Part shown: positions 14,067-26,973 of the stretch, one piece after another | Numbering within the stretch: the first letter of the stretch is position 1 | Layout: the number at the start of each line of letters is the position of its first letter | DNA from: Mytilus edulis | Taxonomy: Eukaryota | Length of the DNA: 64,000 bases | Direction of reading: 5' to 3' | NCBI RefSeq assembly: GCF_963676685.1 | Contig: NC_092347.1 | Coordinates: forward strand, 63,736,001-63,800,000 | Position numbers and translations under genes: made by a program | Notes under the pieces: model-generated | Told to the model about the DNA's origin: nothing | Database searches by the model: none | Seen by the model: the letters and a program-made list of their open reading frames with translations, nothing else

Positions 14067-17000
14067 TTATTTTGTATTGCCATCATCATATATGTCATAT
14101 AATCCAATAGAACTGGAAGCAGATCCAACAGCGAATGCCATTGGTTGACCTGATGGGGACATAGTCTCATCCATGTACCTGAAAAAGAAGAGAGAATACA
14201 TATTGAATTGTACACAAAAATAGTACACAAAACACGCAATTGTATAATATGTATGTGTTATGATAGATCTAATAGATAAAATCAGGTATGTGTACATGTT
14301 ATTAACCATGTTTCAATATTTCAATATTATTCTTCTAGTATCTAAAGTATAAAACAGCATTATCGACGAGTAATTTCTAGTTTTTGGTGTAAATCTCGTT
14401 CTTTTTTTATTTGGGAGTAGGGAGTCAATATACTATTTTGAATGATAGGAGACACTTTTAGTAAACCATAATGTTTGAAAAATTTTCCAGAATTTGATTA
14501 CAAAACAGCAAAATTTCAGCTTTTAACCAATTTCTGGTCGAATTGATTCTTTTTCATTTTATAACATGACGTCATCATACACTGCTGCCATAAATATCTG
14601 GGAGTAACTTCTCTGGTGGCTCCAAATTTTTTTCTCTTTTTCACACTTACTCCTGAAATATCCTGCACCTCCTGTGGTTTCAAACTACTTCAACGTTTAA
14701 ACAATCTTTTTATTATTATACAAACAACAATACGGGAACATTAAATAGAATTCTTCATTAACACAAATCATATTTAAAAGAATAAAATGAAATAACGTAG
14801 TACCAACTCTTAAATATAAGAAGATGTGGTATGAGTGCCAATGAGATAACTTTCCATCCAAGTCACCATTAGTAAAAAGGAAACCATTATTTGTCAAAGT
14901 ACTGCCTTTAACACGCTCACACCGAACATGAAACTATGAAGAACCCCAAAAAAATTGGTGTAAAAATGAACCATTCAAACAGGAAAACCTTAATAAAAGC
15001 ATTAATTACATACCCAACATCAGTAATTAAAGCATCACCAGCTTGGTTACTGTTGTATAGATTGTTCCATGTTTGACTGGTACCTCCTCTACGATGTACT
15101 GACTGGAATGACAAAGCTGTACCCACAACGTTGTACACATATATAAATCCAGATCGTGATGCTGTTACCATTACTGGGGCGCCATTAAATGAACCGATAT
15201 CGAGAGCTGTTGGTTCAACACCCTGGGAAAAAAGTTATTTTTGAAAGAAATTCAGGACAAATAATAAAAAAAGTATTTTCTCGTACTTTGAAATCCTGCG
15301 AATATCTCAGACTACATTCAGAAAATATTTAAGTGAACAACAATATGATGGCTGACATTAGAACTTGTGTTACAGTACGTAAGGATCTTGTTATTCTGTT
15401 CATAACAAATCGTTGTCAAACATATATTTAATTTGCAAAGTGATTTTTTTTATTAATGGCACATTCTCTATTTATGCAGAATGATATTCTTTCCATTATA
15501 GTTCAGCAAAAACTTGTTTAAGTCTGACATTTATAAAAATAAAGAACGCAACACTCGATTGAAGGGCACTAACCTAGTAAGTATCAAAAATGTATTTTCT
15601 GGACATAATACATACTCGCTATAATTAATAGTAAAGATGTGCCTTCAGTACTTTCTAGTGTGAAAATAGTTGCACCAAAAAAAGTAGCATTTTGTTTACA
15701 AAAATAGGCGCTCGTTTAAAAACAAAACCCATTTACATGTCATCACCGGATAAATTCCTTTATTCTAAAATTAGATATACATTTACCATTCACTTATTTC
15801 ATTCATGATGGTAGCTTTGTGATAATGCAAAAAAAATGGGGGAGGGCTTTTACCATGTTTAAATAACAGATCGGATAAAAACCAAAGCAGTTTAGTTATA
15901 TTTACATAGTCATCTGATCTGAGATCCATTTCTCCTGATGGGGATAAGTTTACATTGTTGGTCTCCCCATTGAAGGTGATTGGATATTTGTTCATAGCTT
16001 CTCTCTCTAAATCATCTCCAGTATCGTATACACGCTGGAATGTTACAGAATTCCACATGGCAACACTACGACCACCAAAAGAGTGAGGATATTGTATTAG
16101 TTGTTGGTTGTTGTTCAGACCATCGTCAGTACCAATATGTAAACGTCCTGTAGAAAGAAATTGAGAACACATGAATTTGTAGTTTTCTTCTCTCATTTGT
16201 TTTTGTCCACTGCTAATATATATCATCTGTTTCATACTGGTAAAATAGGATCTGTGATTGCGAATTGTTAACACTTCTTTTTACCTCTAAATCCGATCAT
16301 TTTTTATCTTTAATTTATCAATATTTAATTTCAGTTTCCAATCAAAGAAATATTTATAAAATGTTTAATGACCCAATTCAAACATGGTATAAAAAAAGAT
16401 GAAACCACATGAATTTTATCATAACGAATTAATAAAATTGAGAATGGAAATGGGGAATGTGTCAAAGAGACAACAACCCAATCATAGAACAGACAACAGC
16501 AGAAGGTTACTAATAAGTCTTCAATGCAGCGAGGAAACTCCTGCACCCGGAGGCATCATCCAGCTGGCCCCTAAACAAATATATATACTAGTTCAGTGAT
16601 AATGGACGTCATACTAAACTCCAACTTATACACAATAAACAAAAATTAAAAATCATGCGAGACTAACTAAGGCCAGAGGCTCCTGACTTTGGACAGGCGC
16701 AAAAATGCGGCGGAGTTAAACATATTTTTTGAGATCTCCCCCCTCCCCCCTATACCTCTAGCCAATGTAGGAAAGTAAACGCATAACAATACGCACAGTC
16801 AAATTCAGATCAAGTTAAGTAAGTCAGCGTCCGATGTCAGAAGAGGTAACAAAAGAAAATAACTTATTTACTAGTATTTTATGGTATAAAAACCTCCGGA
16901 TTAAGATTTGTTCGCTCTTAAAAGAGAATTTAATAATCCAAAAAAAAGTACAAAGCTGAAAAGCTTTTCGGACCCAAAGTTCCGAAATGCTTTTGCAAAA

Positions 17001-20000
17001 TTCTAACGTAATTTAATATAATTTATTTCTGGAAAAGAAAGTATCCCTACCTAAATCGGCATCATTATTAATCTTTGCTAAGACATCAGCTCCAACTAAA
17101 GCTTCATCTATTTGTCCAGCTAAAATCAAATAAGATATGTTAATTAAATGTGCAAGAGAAATTGCAGTTCTACAATCAGCTCATCATAGATACAAGAATT
17201 TAAAACTGTACGCCAGACGCGCACCAAGTCTAACAACCACTTATCAGTTGTTGTCTAATCAATTATGATCGTCATGGTCCAACTTGATTTTTGACTTTTA
17301 ATTCTGTTTTCTATCTTGTGAGTGACGTAATCTTTTTTTTAATATCACAAAGCTATCATTCTGATTATTGATCATATTTCCACGAGTAAACCGCCGGGCA
17401 GGTGTCTCAATAAAGAATACTCTTCGTTCTCAAATATCTGTTCATCCTACCAGTTTTAGTTGAAACAGTATTTATTTATAAAAAATTGCAAGAACAAATT
17501 AAAATGTCAATTGTTCTTGAACAATTGAGAGGTCTTTCCTTTTGTAATGTAGTAAGGTCTTTCCCTTTTGAAAAAGGAAAGACCTTAATAAACAAACGAA
17601 ATACAGTAAGGACTTTCCATTAAGAAAGGAAAGACCTTAAATATTACAATGTTACACGAAGTTCAAATAAGAGTCAGTTTAGAGTGCGGTTCCGATAGCT
17701 GTCAACTAATGCTAATTTGTAAGAGGGATTTTTGGTATTTCAATTCTCCGCGGCCGGATACTAATAAGTAAAAGGGACGGTTAAGTAGAAAGAATATAAT
17801 AATTCATCACTAACTTCTATGATAACTAGTTCGTTGTCTAAACAGTGATATAAACATTTTCATCGTTGAAGGCGTTTTGATTTCTTTTCATTTTTCTGAG
17901 TCGTTGCAATTGATTACTCTCACATTGGTGGATATCCTGGAAACCTACCATTTCTTAAAGCACGTGCCCTCATTCCATCTGAAAATTCGTATCCGTCATT
18001 TGCCAAGGTCCACTGTTTCATAGCACCGGTATTAGCAGTAAGTAGGTATCCCTGGCCATTGATAACTCCGTATTTAAGATCACGTGGTTGATAAAAAGAA
18101 TATATGTGATGACGTTTCATATTTGGCCCTGAAAATATTAGAATACATTAGTACACTTTTTTTAACTGATGGCATATTGCTTAATTATTCATTAAAATGG
18201 AATTAAAACATATATCAATCTTGATGAAGTTTTTAATATAATTATTTTATATTTATTTGTGTATTCAAAATAAAATGTTGACTTCTAATTATCTTTTTAG
18301 GGGATTTATTTTTGTTATAATTAGTCACTGATCCCTAGCATTGACGTTTACCGTGCATACATTTAATACGATTTGTATCTGTATCTTATCTTTAGTTAAC
18401 TTATATGTGCGTTTATTAGAACATAATTATATATTTGAATGGTAAAGGTCATTGACGAAAGCGACAAAAATTGTTAATAAAAAACACAAATTCACCTCCA
18501 TCTCTGTCGCTAGCATCCATATCGAAACTAGTCCAGTTTTTGACACCGAGGGGATAAATATCTATGAACTGGTTATTTGTCAAGTCAAACTTAAGAATGG
18601 CATTGTTTTCCTGCAATCAAAATGTATGATTAATATTACGAAATAACATTAAAGGTAAATTTACAGGTTTTTCTGAAAAATACAATGTCTCCTTTTCAGG
18701 GAAATTATATTTCCCCACCAAAATCCTTGTCAACCTACACAAACTCGTCCAGAATGGGCATGAAAGATAAGCTATAGCCACTTGACGATAAACAATACAG
18801 GCAACGCTAGTATACCACTGTCCAATAGTCATAATTCGATAAGGCAAAAACATATTCTGGAAACAAAATAAAACCTAGGGAAACACATCAACTGTAAGAG
18901 GAAAACAACGAAACAACAGAAACACTGAACTGCAACAAAAGGAAACGCCAGAATAAAAAAAAACGGACTATAGATAACAACTGCCTATCCTGACTTGGTA
19001 CATACCATGGCTAGCCAAACCCCCCGCTTATATTTCAATGTGAAAAAATGACAACATAACGTGACAAGAATACCGTACAAACAAAAGAGAGAACACTCAG
19101 CACAGGGAAGTACATAAAAAGTAATAAAATAGTACATTATAACATGCAAACCGTAAAAAAAACAACTGTATCTCCCAATAAATTAAGACAGCATTACAGG
19201 ACACCACACATAAATATAAACTTCGCTTCACATGAATTTGAAAATTACTTTTTTTTTTTATTTTTGTGACATTTATATTATCAAAGATAAGTTTCTAAAA
19301 AAAAAAATATTAGGTTTATTTATAGACACGTACAAGTATATTACATTTGGATTGAGTTTGTTATGGTGTTACATTGTGTATTTCTAACCATATAAACAAG
19401 CCACATATCTTATCAATCACAAAGCATTGCAGGAATGACGTTCTGGGAATAAAACTGTTACATCGAGATATCCACTGTTTAAATATTAAGACAACAGTAG
19501 TTTAACGATGAAAAAATATCCTAAATCAATAGAGAAGACAGAATCAAGGTTAAAAACCAAAATTTAGGAAATTGCATGTACTCAAAACGAAGTGGAATTG
19601 GATAGGACAACATCTTAATTAAGCTCCTTCATCTATGCATGTATTCCCACCATGCGAATTCAATCTCGGACAAAATTTCACAGTCCGAAGACCGACACAA
19701 TTTATTGGTCAACCAATTCAAGATGGTGACCGAAAATGCATGTAGTGTCGATTTCAGTAGTTCTTCCTCATAACACTGTTGGAGCAGTATTGTGTAACAT
19801 ACACGAGCTAAACGTATTAATTGAGATATATAAACTTCATATGATAAGTCGGGTAGTTACTGCTGAGAAATGTGAACTATTAAAATCATCATGTATGTCA
19901 TAGATTTTGGATTAATGTCGTTATTTTGTGTCAGTATCGAGGAAAAGTTTCAAGATATGAAAAAAGCTTCCTGGTTAAGGATGTACTCTTAATCTTAACT

Positions 20001-22813
20001 TCAATGGGATATATAACGTACATGTAAGCACACATTGCTATGTCAATTATTGAGTGACAGCTGGACATCAGCAGTTTATATGAAAGTAGAACTTTGCAAG
20101 CTGCCAAATATTAAGCCTGGAATCTTAGATGAGGTTTTAGAACCCATTTGAAACCCTACTTCTGTTGAAATAAAAATTCACCAATTTCTACAAATATGCT
20201 GTCGATCAAAAAGTTCAACATTTTAATATTGTTTGGTATATTAGTTGTTAGCATCAGTGTAGTAAGAAAATAAGAAAATGCCTGTACAAAATCAGGAATT
20301 TGCAGTTGTTGTCCATTCGTTTGACGTGTATGAACTTTTGATTTTGCCATTTGATAAGGGATTTCCCGTTTTGATTTTATCTTGGAGTTAAGTATTTTTG
20401 TGATTTTACTTTTTCATCACAAAGTAAAATCTATAGACCGGTCGATCCTGTTCCGTTAACGATACAATCATCCAGCAAATGAACGAGATTATTTTATTGT
20501 TGCATTTGTTTTTAAATGAACTTAAAGGAAAAAAACAAATGATTTAAAGGTCTATCCGGAAAGTAAAAATTGATCTGTTATACCGGTGTATGATAATTAC
20601 CATAACACATTTTTTTGAACTGTTATGCAAAAACACTTACTTGTAATGATATATAAGCGTATCGACCAACGTCATCAATAGCAACAGATTCTGGCTCTAA
20701 ATCTTTAGAAAACGACCCCTCAATAGAAGGATTAGCAGTGCTGTCTCCTCTGAATACGTATCGTACACCCTTTGAAACATATTCAAGAACTCTGCAATCA
20801 AGGTAGATGATAAATAGGACATTTAAGTAGAGTGTATTTGTCCTTTTTAAAGACGTTTAAATATATTCAAAAACAAAAATAATAGAATAAAACATTGTTT
20901 GAATTATTAAAATCATTAGTTGCTATAACATGCACAAACATGGCGCATTCAACGAAAATGCAAAAATAAATACGAAATTATTCCCGATACTGAAACATTT
21001 ACTGAAACGTGCATAAGACAAAAATGTTGATAACCTAGGACTTTGCCTCATATAAACCAACATATAATAACCATTTAAATTCATGTTGACCACGTTTTGG
21101 TTGTGCATATGCATTGCTGTTCTTTATGAAGTACGACGTTGAAAAGTGTCCAGTTTCTTAATAAGCGCTTGATGGGGTTCGTGTTGCAAAGTCAATTTTC
21201 TTTGTAGTGATTTGTAGACTGCTGTTTGTCTTTTTATTGTTTTTGCTTGATTGTTATGAAATTCTCCGGTTTCTGTTCGATTTGTAACTTTTGGCACTTT
21301 ATTCGGTATCTTCAATCGCTTTTGAATGCCATTTTGTTCATACTTTTTCATTCTCAAAACTGTACATACCTGTTGTCAAAACTTTGGAAATTGACGTTAA
21401 TCTCTGGTGGAAAACCTTGGTCATTTCTTACAATAATGGTCATTGAACCCTGTGGATCATTTACAACACCATTTAGAAGTCCAAGTTTTCCTTCGTTCAC
21501 AACCACCAAACGTGAACAATCGTTGTTGAAAGCCATATCTTTTGGGTATGAACCAACTATAGAGCAAAAACAAAATCAATAAAATTAGCGGGAAATATTC
21601 ATTACATATATAATACAACATTTCTATTTTCTATCTGTAACGGATTAGTATTTTTCGTTATTCCGATATATTAGGTGATTCGTTTTGCATTTGGAACAGT
21701 CATCAAGTTTGATGGTTGGTTGATAATTTATACTTTAAAGATTCTGGATTATATATATACCACATTCATTTAGCCATGAAAGCTTGAGAAAGTTTAAGTC
21801 ATGCAAATACCTCATTCCTTTTTGAAATGACATGTTTACGGTCTTGACTGCTGTAGTTTATAATGGTATAACTTACTTAAATTTTTTAAGTCAAACCTAC
21901 CTGCTAGACGACCAAGCATAGTTAAGGTATTATCATTTTTAGTGAATGGTAAAAATAGCTCTACATGTCCAATAGACACCTTATTGTTACTGGCAATTGA
22001 AACAGCTACTGTGTCTGAGCATACTTGTACATCTGTAATTTCACCATCTCCAGCACTATTAAATTCATGTGTATAACGTATGGCTGGTGTGTCCGGATCT
22101 GTAAGCTCAATTATGTGCATCAAATTTGTACCAGTTCCTGTGAAAAGTAAATATCAATGTTGTCATATCTTTATATATTTTGCGTCTGTGGTGTTCAAAC
22201 ACTGTTTGTTTGCTTTTAATTCAATAATTCTAATATTTAAAAAAAAAAAATAAAAAAATCATAATTTGTTTACCAAACTAAAAGTAATAATATCTGCTGT
22301 TTCTCAGCGACATATATTGATGGACGTATCACAGATAATCATAATAATGTACGATGATATCATCCGTATGTATTAAATCAGAAATTTAAATAGTGTAACT
22401 GTAATCTATAATGCGGTCCAATTTAGATATACATGTAATGTTTGGTAGTTCAGATCTTCCTCTGACCTTACTCAATTTGACATGTTTTGTAATTTTGCCC
22501 ATGTTTTCCTCTGCTTTAATCTGACATGTGTTTTTGAACGCACTCTTGGTTTCCTTTCTCTCTTTTTAACATGTGTTAATGTATGGTGTGAATTAAAATA
22601 ACACAAAGAAAGGCTTCATCCTCTTAATCCAGACTTACCAATAACATATAACATTCTAGTTGGAGCATGATACCTGGCTTTTGTAGCTCCATTTCTCCCA
22701 AATCCAAATGTTCCGGCAGTATTGTATGGGAGTCTGACGTATCCTCTTTCTCGAAACTGTAGGATACTCAGCACGAAAGGTGTTGATAGAAGAAAAATTA
22801 TTAATGACCTCAT
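14067..22813 (-). CDS. MSP130-like / choice-of-anchor I domain secreted protein, paralogue B (complete, 10 coding exons, 558 aa)
   Basis: Exons 22639-22813, 21901-22137, 21370-21556, 20641-20791, 18496-18610, 17949-18128, 17051-17119, 15906-16147, 15014-15222 and 14067-14178. Sum is 1677 nt, in frame, all GT-AG. Starts MRSLIIFLLSTPFVLS. Motifs VVVNEG, DLEPES, SLQENNA, DASDRDG, LGRL, SFGGRS, YDTGDDLE, DLRSDDYGVEP and SPSGQP. AATAAA overlaps the stop codon. Confidence 0.9.
16431..16860 (-). repeat. Dispersed repeat matching the 3' tail of the 28220-29405 element
   Basis: ataaaattgagaatggaaatggggaatgtgtcaaagagacaacaaccc.. is the reverse complement of ~28980-29405. Further copies lie near 11535 and at 61690-61890. 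Confidence 0.7.
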
Positions 22814-23609
22814 GATTGGTGACCTACAAGAACATATCAATTTTCAATAGTTTTTAATATTAAACCCTATGATTTCAAATTACAGACAAGACTAAAGGGA
22901 TCTGCTGGATCGTAATTGATAAAACAGCAACAGTTTGGTCCATCGTTTTAATTAATTGAGAATACCCACACTCTAACACCCACACACAAACACATACGCA
23001 ATCAAACATTCGATTAGAAATGGGGTTCCTTATATGTTGCTATACTTTACAAAAGTAATAATGGAAGAAAAGAATCGTTTACATAAGTACTATTTTGAAA
23101 CACGTTTCTAAACCTAAACCTTCTAGAAAATAATAAAATAATAATACTTTTAATAATTTTTGAGATTAGTAAAAATGTAGATGTATAATTCTTACCTAGT
23201 TAGTTTGTTCTAACGATATTCTATAGCCCAGGAAAACGGTCACCCTTGAGACACGACAGCTTGGTTGTGACCTTCTTTTAAGTAAATTTAGGCACTATCT
23301 GATAAAGATATACATGATGTGACCTCATATAGACAAAATTACTATCAAAATATTATAAAATTCTTCATTGAATATATAACTGACTGAGGCATGCTCAAAA
23401 ATGGTATTTAATACAATTGATCGTGCATTGACCTAAAGGAGATCGATTGAGTTTTTTATAAACAAGGCATCGACTACCAAAAATGGGTCATTTTAAGAAA
23501 CTTAGATAATATGAAAATAAATGAAATCACTATTTTCCTAATGTCATGACGGTTCGATGTGCTTTTCTTGATTTATCTACATCAGGAAACTAAACACTGT
23601 TTTTAAAAC

Positions 23610-23635
23610 GTGTGTGTGTGTGTGTGTGTGTGTGT
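23610..23635. repeat. (TG)n microsatellite
   Basis: Directly visible TG run. Confidence 0.9.
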
Positions 23636-24253
23636 TTCTTCAAACTATATCAGTCAATTTAATGCACATATGAGCTCAAATAAATATACAATGCAGCAAC
23701 TTGTTAACTTGTTATAATCTAAATTTGTAAGCAATCACTTGGGGACCAGTTCATGTAGATATATTATCTCTTTGTGTATTGAAGTCAAAGCATACTTGCA
23801 TAGCCATGGCTACAAAATATGGATATATATATATATGACACGTTCAATTTTTGAAAAAAATCCAAAAATATATTTGGTAGTGTTTTCTAAAGGCATTTTA
23901 CTGAAGTACATATGTATATAACATGGCAGATTGGTTTTAATTTGAGACGATTACAGTAACTATGCTAATCTAAGTTCGAATTTGACATGAGCTTAAATCT
24001 TGTTTAACATGTATATATCTACTACATTCAGACGATTTGCAACGTGAATGTGTCAGTTATTTAATTGATCTAGATTTGACTTCAGGTTGCCGTCAGTTTA
24101 TTCGAAGATACCAGTAGGTGAATCAGTTCATTGTACAATGTGTGACAAATAAAGAACTGAAACAGATAACGACCTTTTGTCAATAAGTTACTGTTCTTTT
24201 ATCATCCCTGTGTGCACATGCTACTTGTTTGGTTTATTACTATTTTGATCTAA

Positions 24254-24297
24254 GCGTCACTGATGAGTCTTATGTAGACGAAACGCGCGTCTGGCGT
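24254..24297 (+). ncRNA. Minimal type I hammerhead ribozyme, family 1 (intact core)
   Basis: gcgtca-CTGATGA-gtct(tatgt)agac-GAAA-cgcgc-GTC-tggcgt. Both catalytic boxes, a 4-bp stem II, stem I and the palindromic stem III ACGCGCGT are present. Predicted cleavage after C24291. Confidence 0.85.
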
Positions 24298-24489
24298 ATT
24301 AAATTATAATCCTGGTACCTTTGATTAAGACTGAAATAAATGGTTTGAATTAATGATGATGAATAATTTACGAAGGGCTTTTCCTGTATTGATAATTTTT
24401 AATAAGAATGCGAATCTGCGTAAAAAATATATGGTTCACTTAAGAGAGTTAATAACGGAAATGTAAAACTCTCTTAGGTCGACTTTACT

Positions 24490-24730
24490 AATCACAAAAG
24501 CAACACGACGGGTGCCACATGTGGAGCAGGATCTGCTTACCCTTCCGGAGCACCTGAGATCACCCCTAGTTTTTGGTGGGGTTCGTGTTGTTTATACTTT
24601 AGTTTTCTATGTTGTGTCGTGTATACTATTGTTTTTCTGTTTGTCTTTTTCATTTTTAGCCATGGCGTTGTCAGTTTGTTTTAGATTTATGAGTTTGACT
24701 GTCCCTTTGGTATCTTTCTTCCCTCTTTTA
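24490..24730 (+). mobile_element. 3' terminal fragment of the second Penelope-like family
   Basis: gcaacacgacgggtgccacatgtggagcaggatctgc..agccatggcgttgtcagttt..gagtttgactgtccc, nearly identical to 32540-32733 and to the reverse of 44191-44430. Confidence 0.7.
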
Positions 24731-25399
24731 CTAGGGTGACAAATATAAATCAGAAATACCAAAGCATTAAGTATACCACAACTCAGAAAAAGAAAAAGTT
24801 GACAACGCAGTAGATTTAAAGCAAATTAACAAAGTCAAACAACAGTACACAAAACACAATATAAAAAACGAAAGACGAGGCAGCACAAACCACTGTAAAA
24901 ACTGAGTGTATCAGGTGTTCCGGAAGGACAAGCAGATCCTCCTCCACATGCATTTTTCCTATTGTGATTTATGATTCTTACACAAGCAATAAAAAATCGA
25001 AAATAAATTGTGACGAACTGACTGTTCAGAATGGTACCATGATTTATTTATGATTTTCGTACGCTGCAAACTAGACAGCAAAGATGAACAATAGGAAATC
25101 GCTTCGCCATAACAGGTTACTGTGATCTATCCTTATCAGTTGGTACTCTGTTAAACCTAATTTCTACAAAGTTTGGTAAAATATATGAATATAAATAAGT
25201 ATAACAAAAATAACTAACTCTAAGTAGTTATTTAAATTTGCTGTTACAATATGTTGAAAATTATTATAAATTAAGGAATGGATCTCCCTCATGCAAAGCT
25301 CTGATTCCTTTCACGGATTTGGCTATACTTTTTGGACCTTTAGGATTATAGCTCTTCATCTTTTATATAAGCTTTGGATTTCAAATATTTTGGCCACGA

Positions 25400-25443
25400 G
25401 CATCACTGAAGAGACATGTTTTGTCGAAATGCGCATCTGGTGC
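25400..25443 (+). ncRNA. Minimal type I hammerhead ribozyme, family 2 (intact core)
   Basis: gcatca-CTGAAGA-gaca(tgttt)tgtc-GAAA-tgcgc-ATC-tggtgc. Palindromic stem III ATGCGCAT. Predicted cleavage after C25437 (AUC). Confidence 0.8.
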
Positions 25444-26973
25444 AAGAAAATTGGTACCGTTAATGTTATTAAATTCCAAACTCCCCGGCAGTTCCAGTTC
25501 CGATCCGAGTACGGGTCCGCATACTACTCTACATTGATGGAGTAAAGGAAAATAGTTCCGGAACGGAAACGATCACTGTCCGGAGTTTGATTTAATTCCA
25601 AAAGGGAGAAGACCATAAAAACTGACATCATAATAAACATTGAACTTTATCAACAAACGGAAAGAAGGGAAAATAACTGTCTTATTCCTGACTTGGTACA
25701 GGTATTATCCGAAGAAAAAGGTTAAACCTGTGTTTATAGCCATTTAAATCTCCATTTGTATGGCAGTTGTTTATAGTTCAGTTATTATGACAAAATTGTT
25801 GTAAACATGTTTGTGTATTTGTTTGTTGTTTAGCCTTTAATGTCCGCAGTTGAACTAGTTATAATGTGCGTTTCAGCTTGAAGATAAAGATTTTGACTTG
25901 TAAATAAGACGATGATAATGGTTTCTTAATATCAACCATCTCAACATTTTCGACATGTAAAGTGACCTTTTATTCTACTGATTTGAAATGGTTTTCAACA
26001 AATGAATTTTAAAGTTTTATCAATGGAAAAAGATTTTTTTTTATCAATATATCAATGTATGTCCTAGAATATGTACCTATAAGTTCTTTCAGAAAAAAAT
26101 CATTTCATGAACTTTCAGAAATTTTACAAATACAAAAGCTTCGAGTATTTCAATAACAAACTGCATAATGATACGATATGCAAAGATTTTACTTGAATGA
26201 AACATAAAATACGATTCTTTGTCGGCTCATTTTGCATTTCCTGCAACATGATTCTCAAGTCAAAACCTTTTTCGTTCGACACCTTCCTATAAGGGGTCGT
26301 TAAACGGACTTATTTTTAAGCAGAAATATAATTTCATAGTCGAAAATTATTCCATATGTACTAGTGTCATTCTGGTATTATGAGTGTTCATTTCTTTTCA
26401 TTTACGGATTAATAAGTCGTAAAAACAAAACGCATGACGTTGACGATTACGATGACGGCGATGAAGACGACGGATGATGATGTATTATAAATATCAACAA
26501 ATGTAATGATTCATTACATACTGCAAAATTTTATTTTAGGTTAGCTTTGTTACCCGGATTTATTTTCGTTTAATCGATTGATGACCTTTGAACAGCGATA
26601 TACTACTGTTGCCTTATTTAGATAAAGTATGAATAAAACAAATTCAATCAGGAAACTTGAACTTTACTTTGTTTTATTTAGTGATTTTTCATTTTTTTTC
26701 AATGCATTGCTGAGATTTGATTTGTTATTTATTAAACTCTTTTTGGAGTTAATTATCGAAAAAAAAGTCTTGAAAAACACCAACTGTTACTGTTCAAACT
26801 TGTTTATGTTTCATTTAATATTTTCATGTATCTTTTTTCATTTGCTAACATGCAATCATATCATATTTCTAAACAGATGCTACAAGTCTACCATCCAAAG
26901 CGAATTCTTCATATGTTTATGGCAACGGTCTTCATTTTGGTGGCTAAGCTAGTAAGACAAAAAAATTACAAAC

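Noticed and set aside
24512-24739. MPHVEQDLL.. hydrophobic ORF (also at 32555) as a small membrane protein family
   Set aside because: It is a translation of the repeated retroelement 3' tail, and the copies are interrupted differently.
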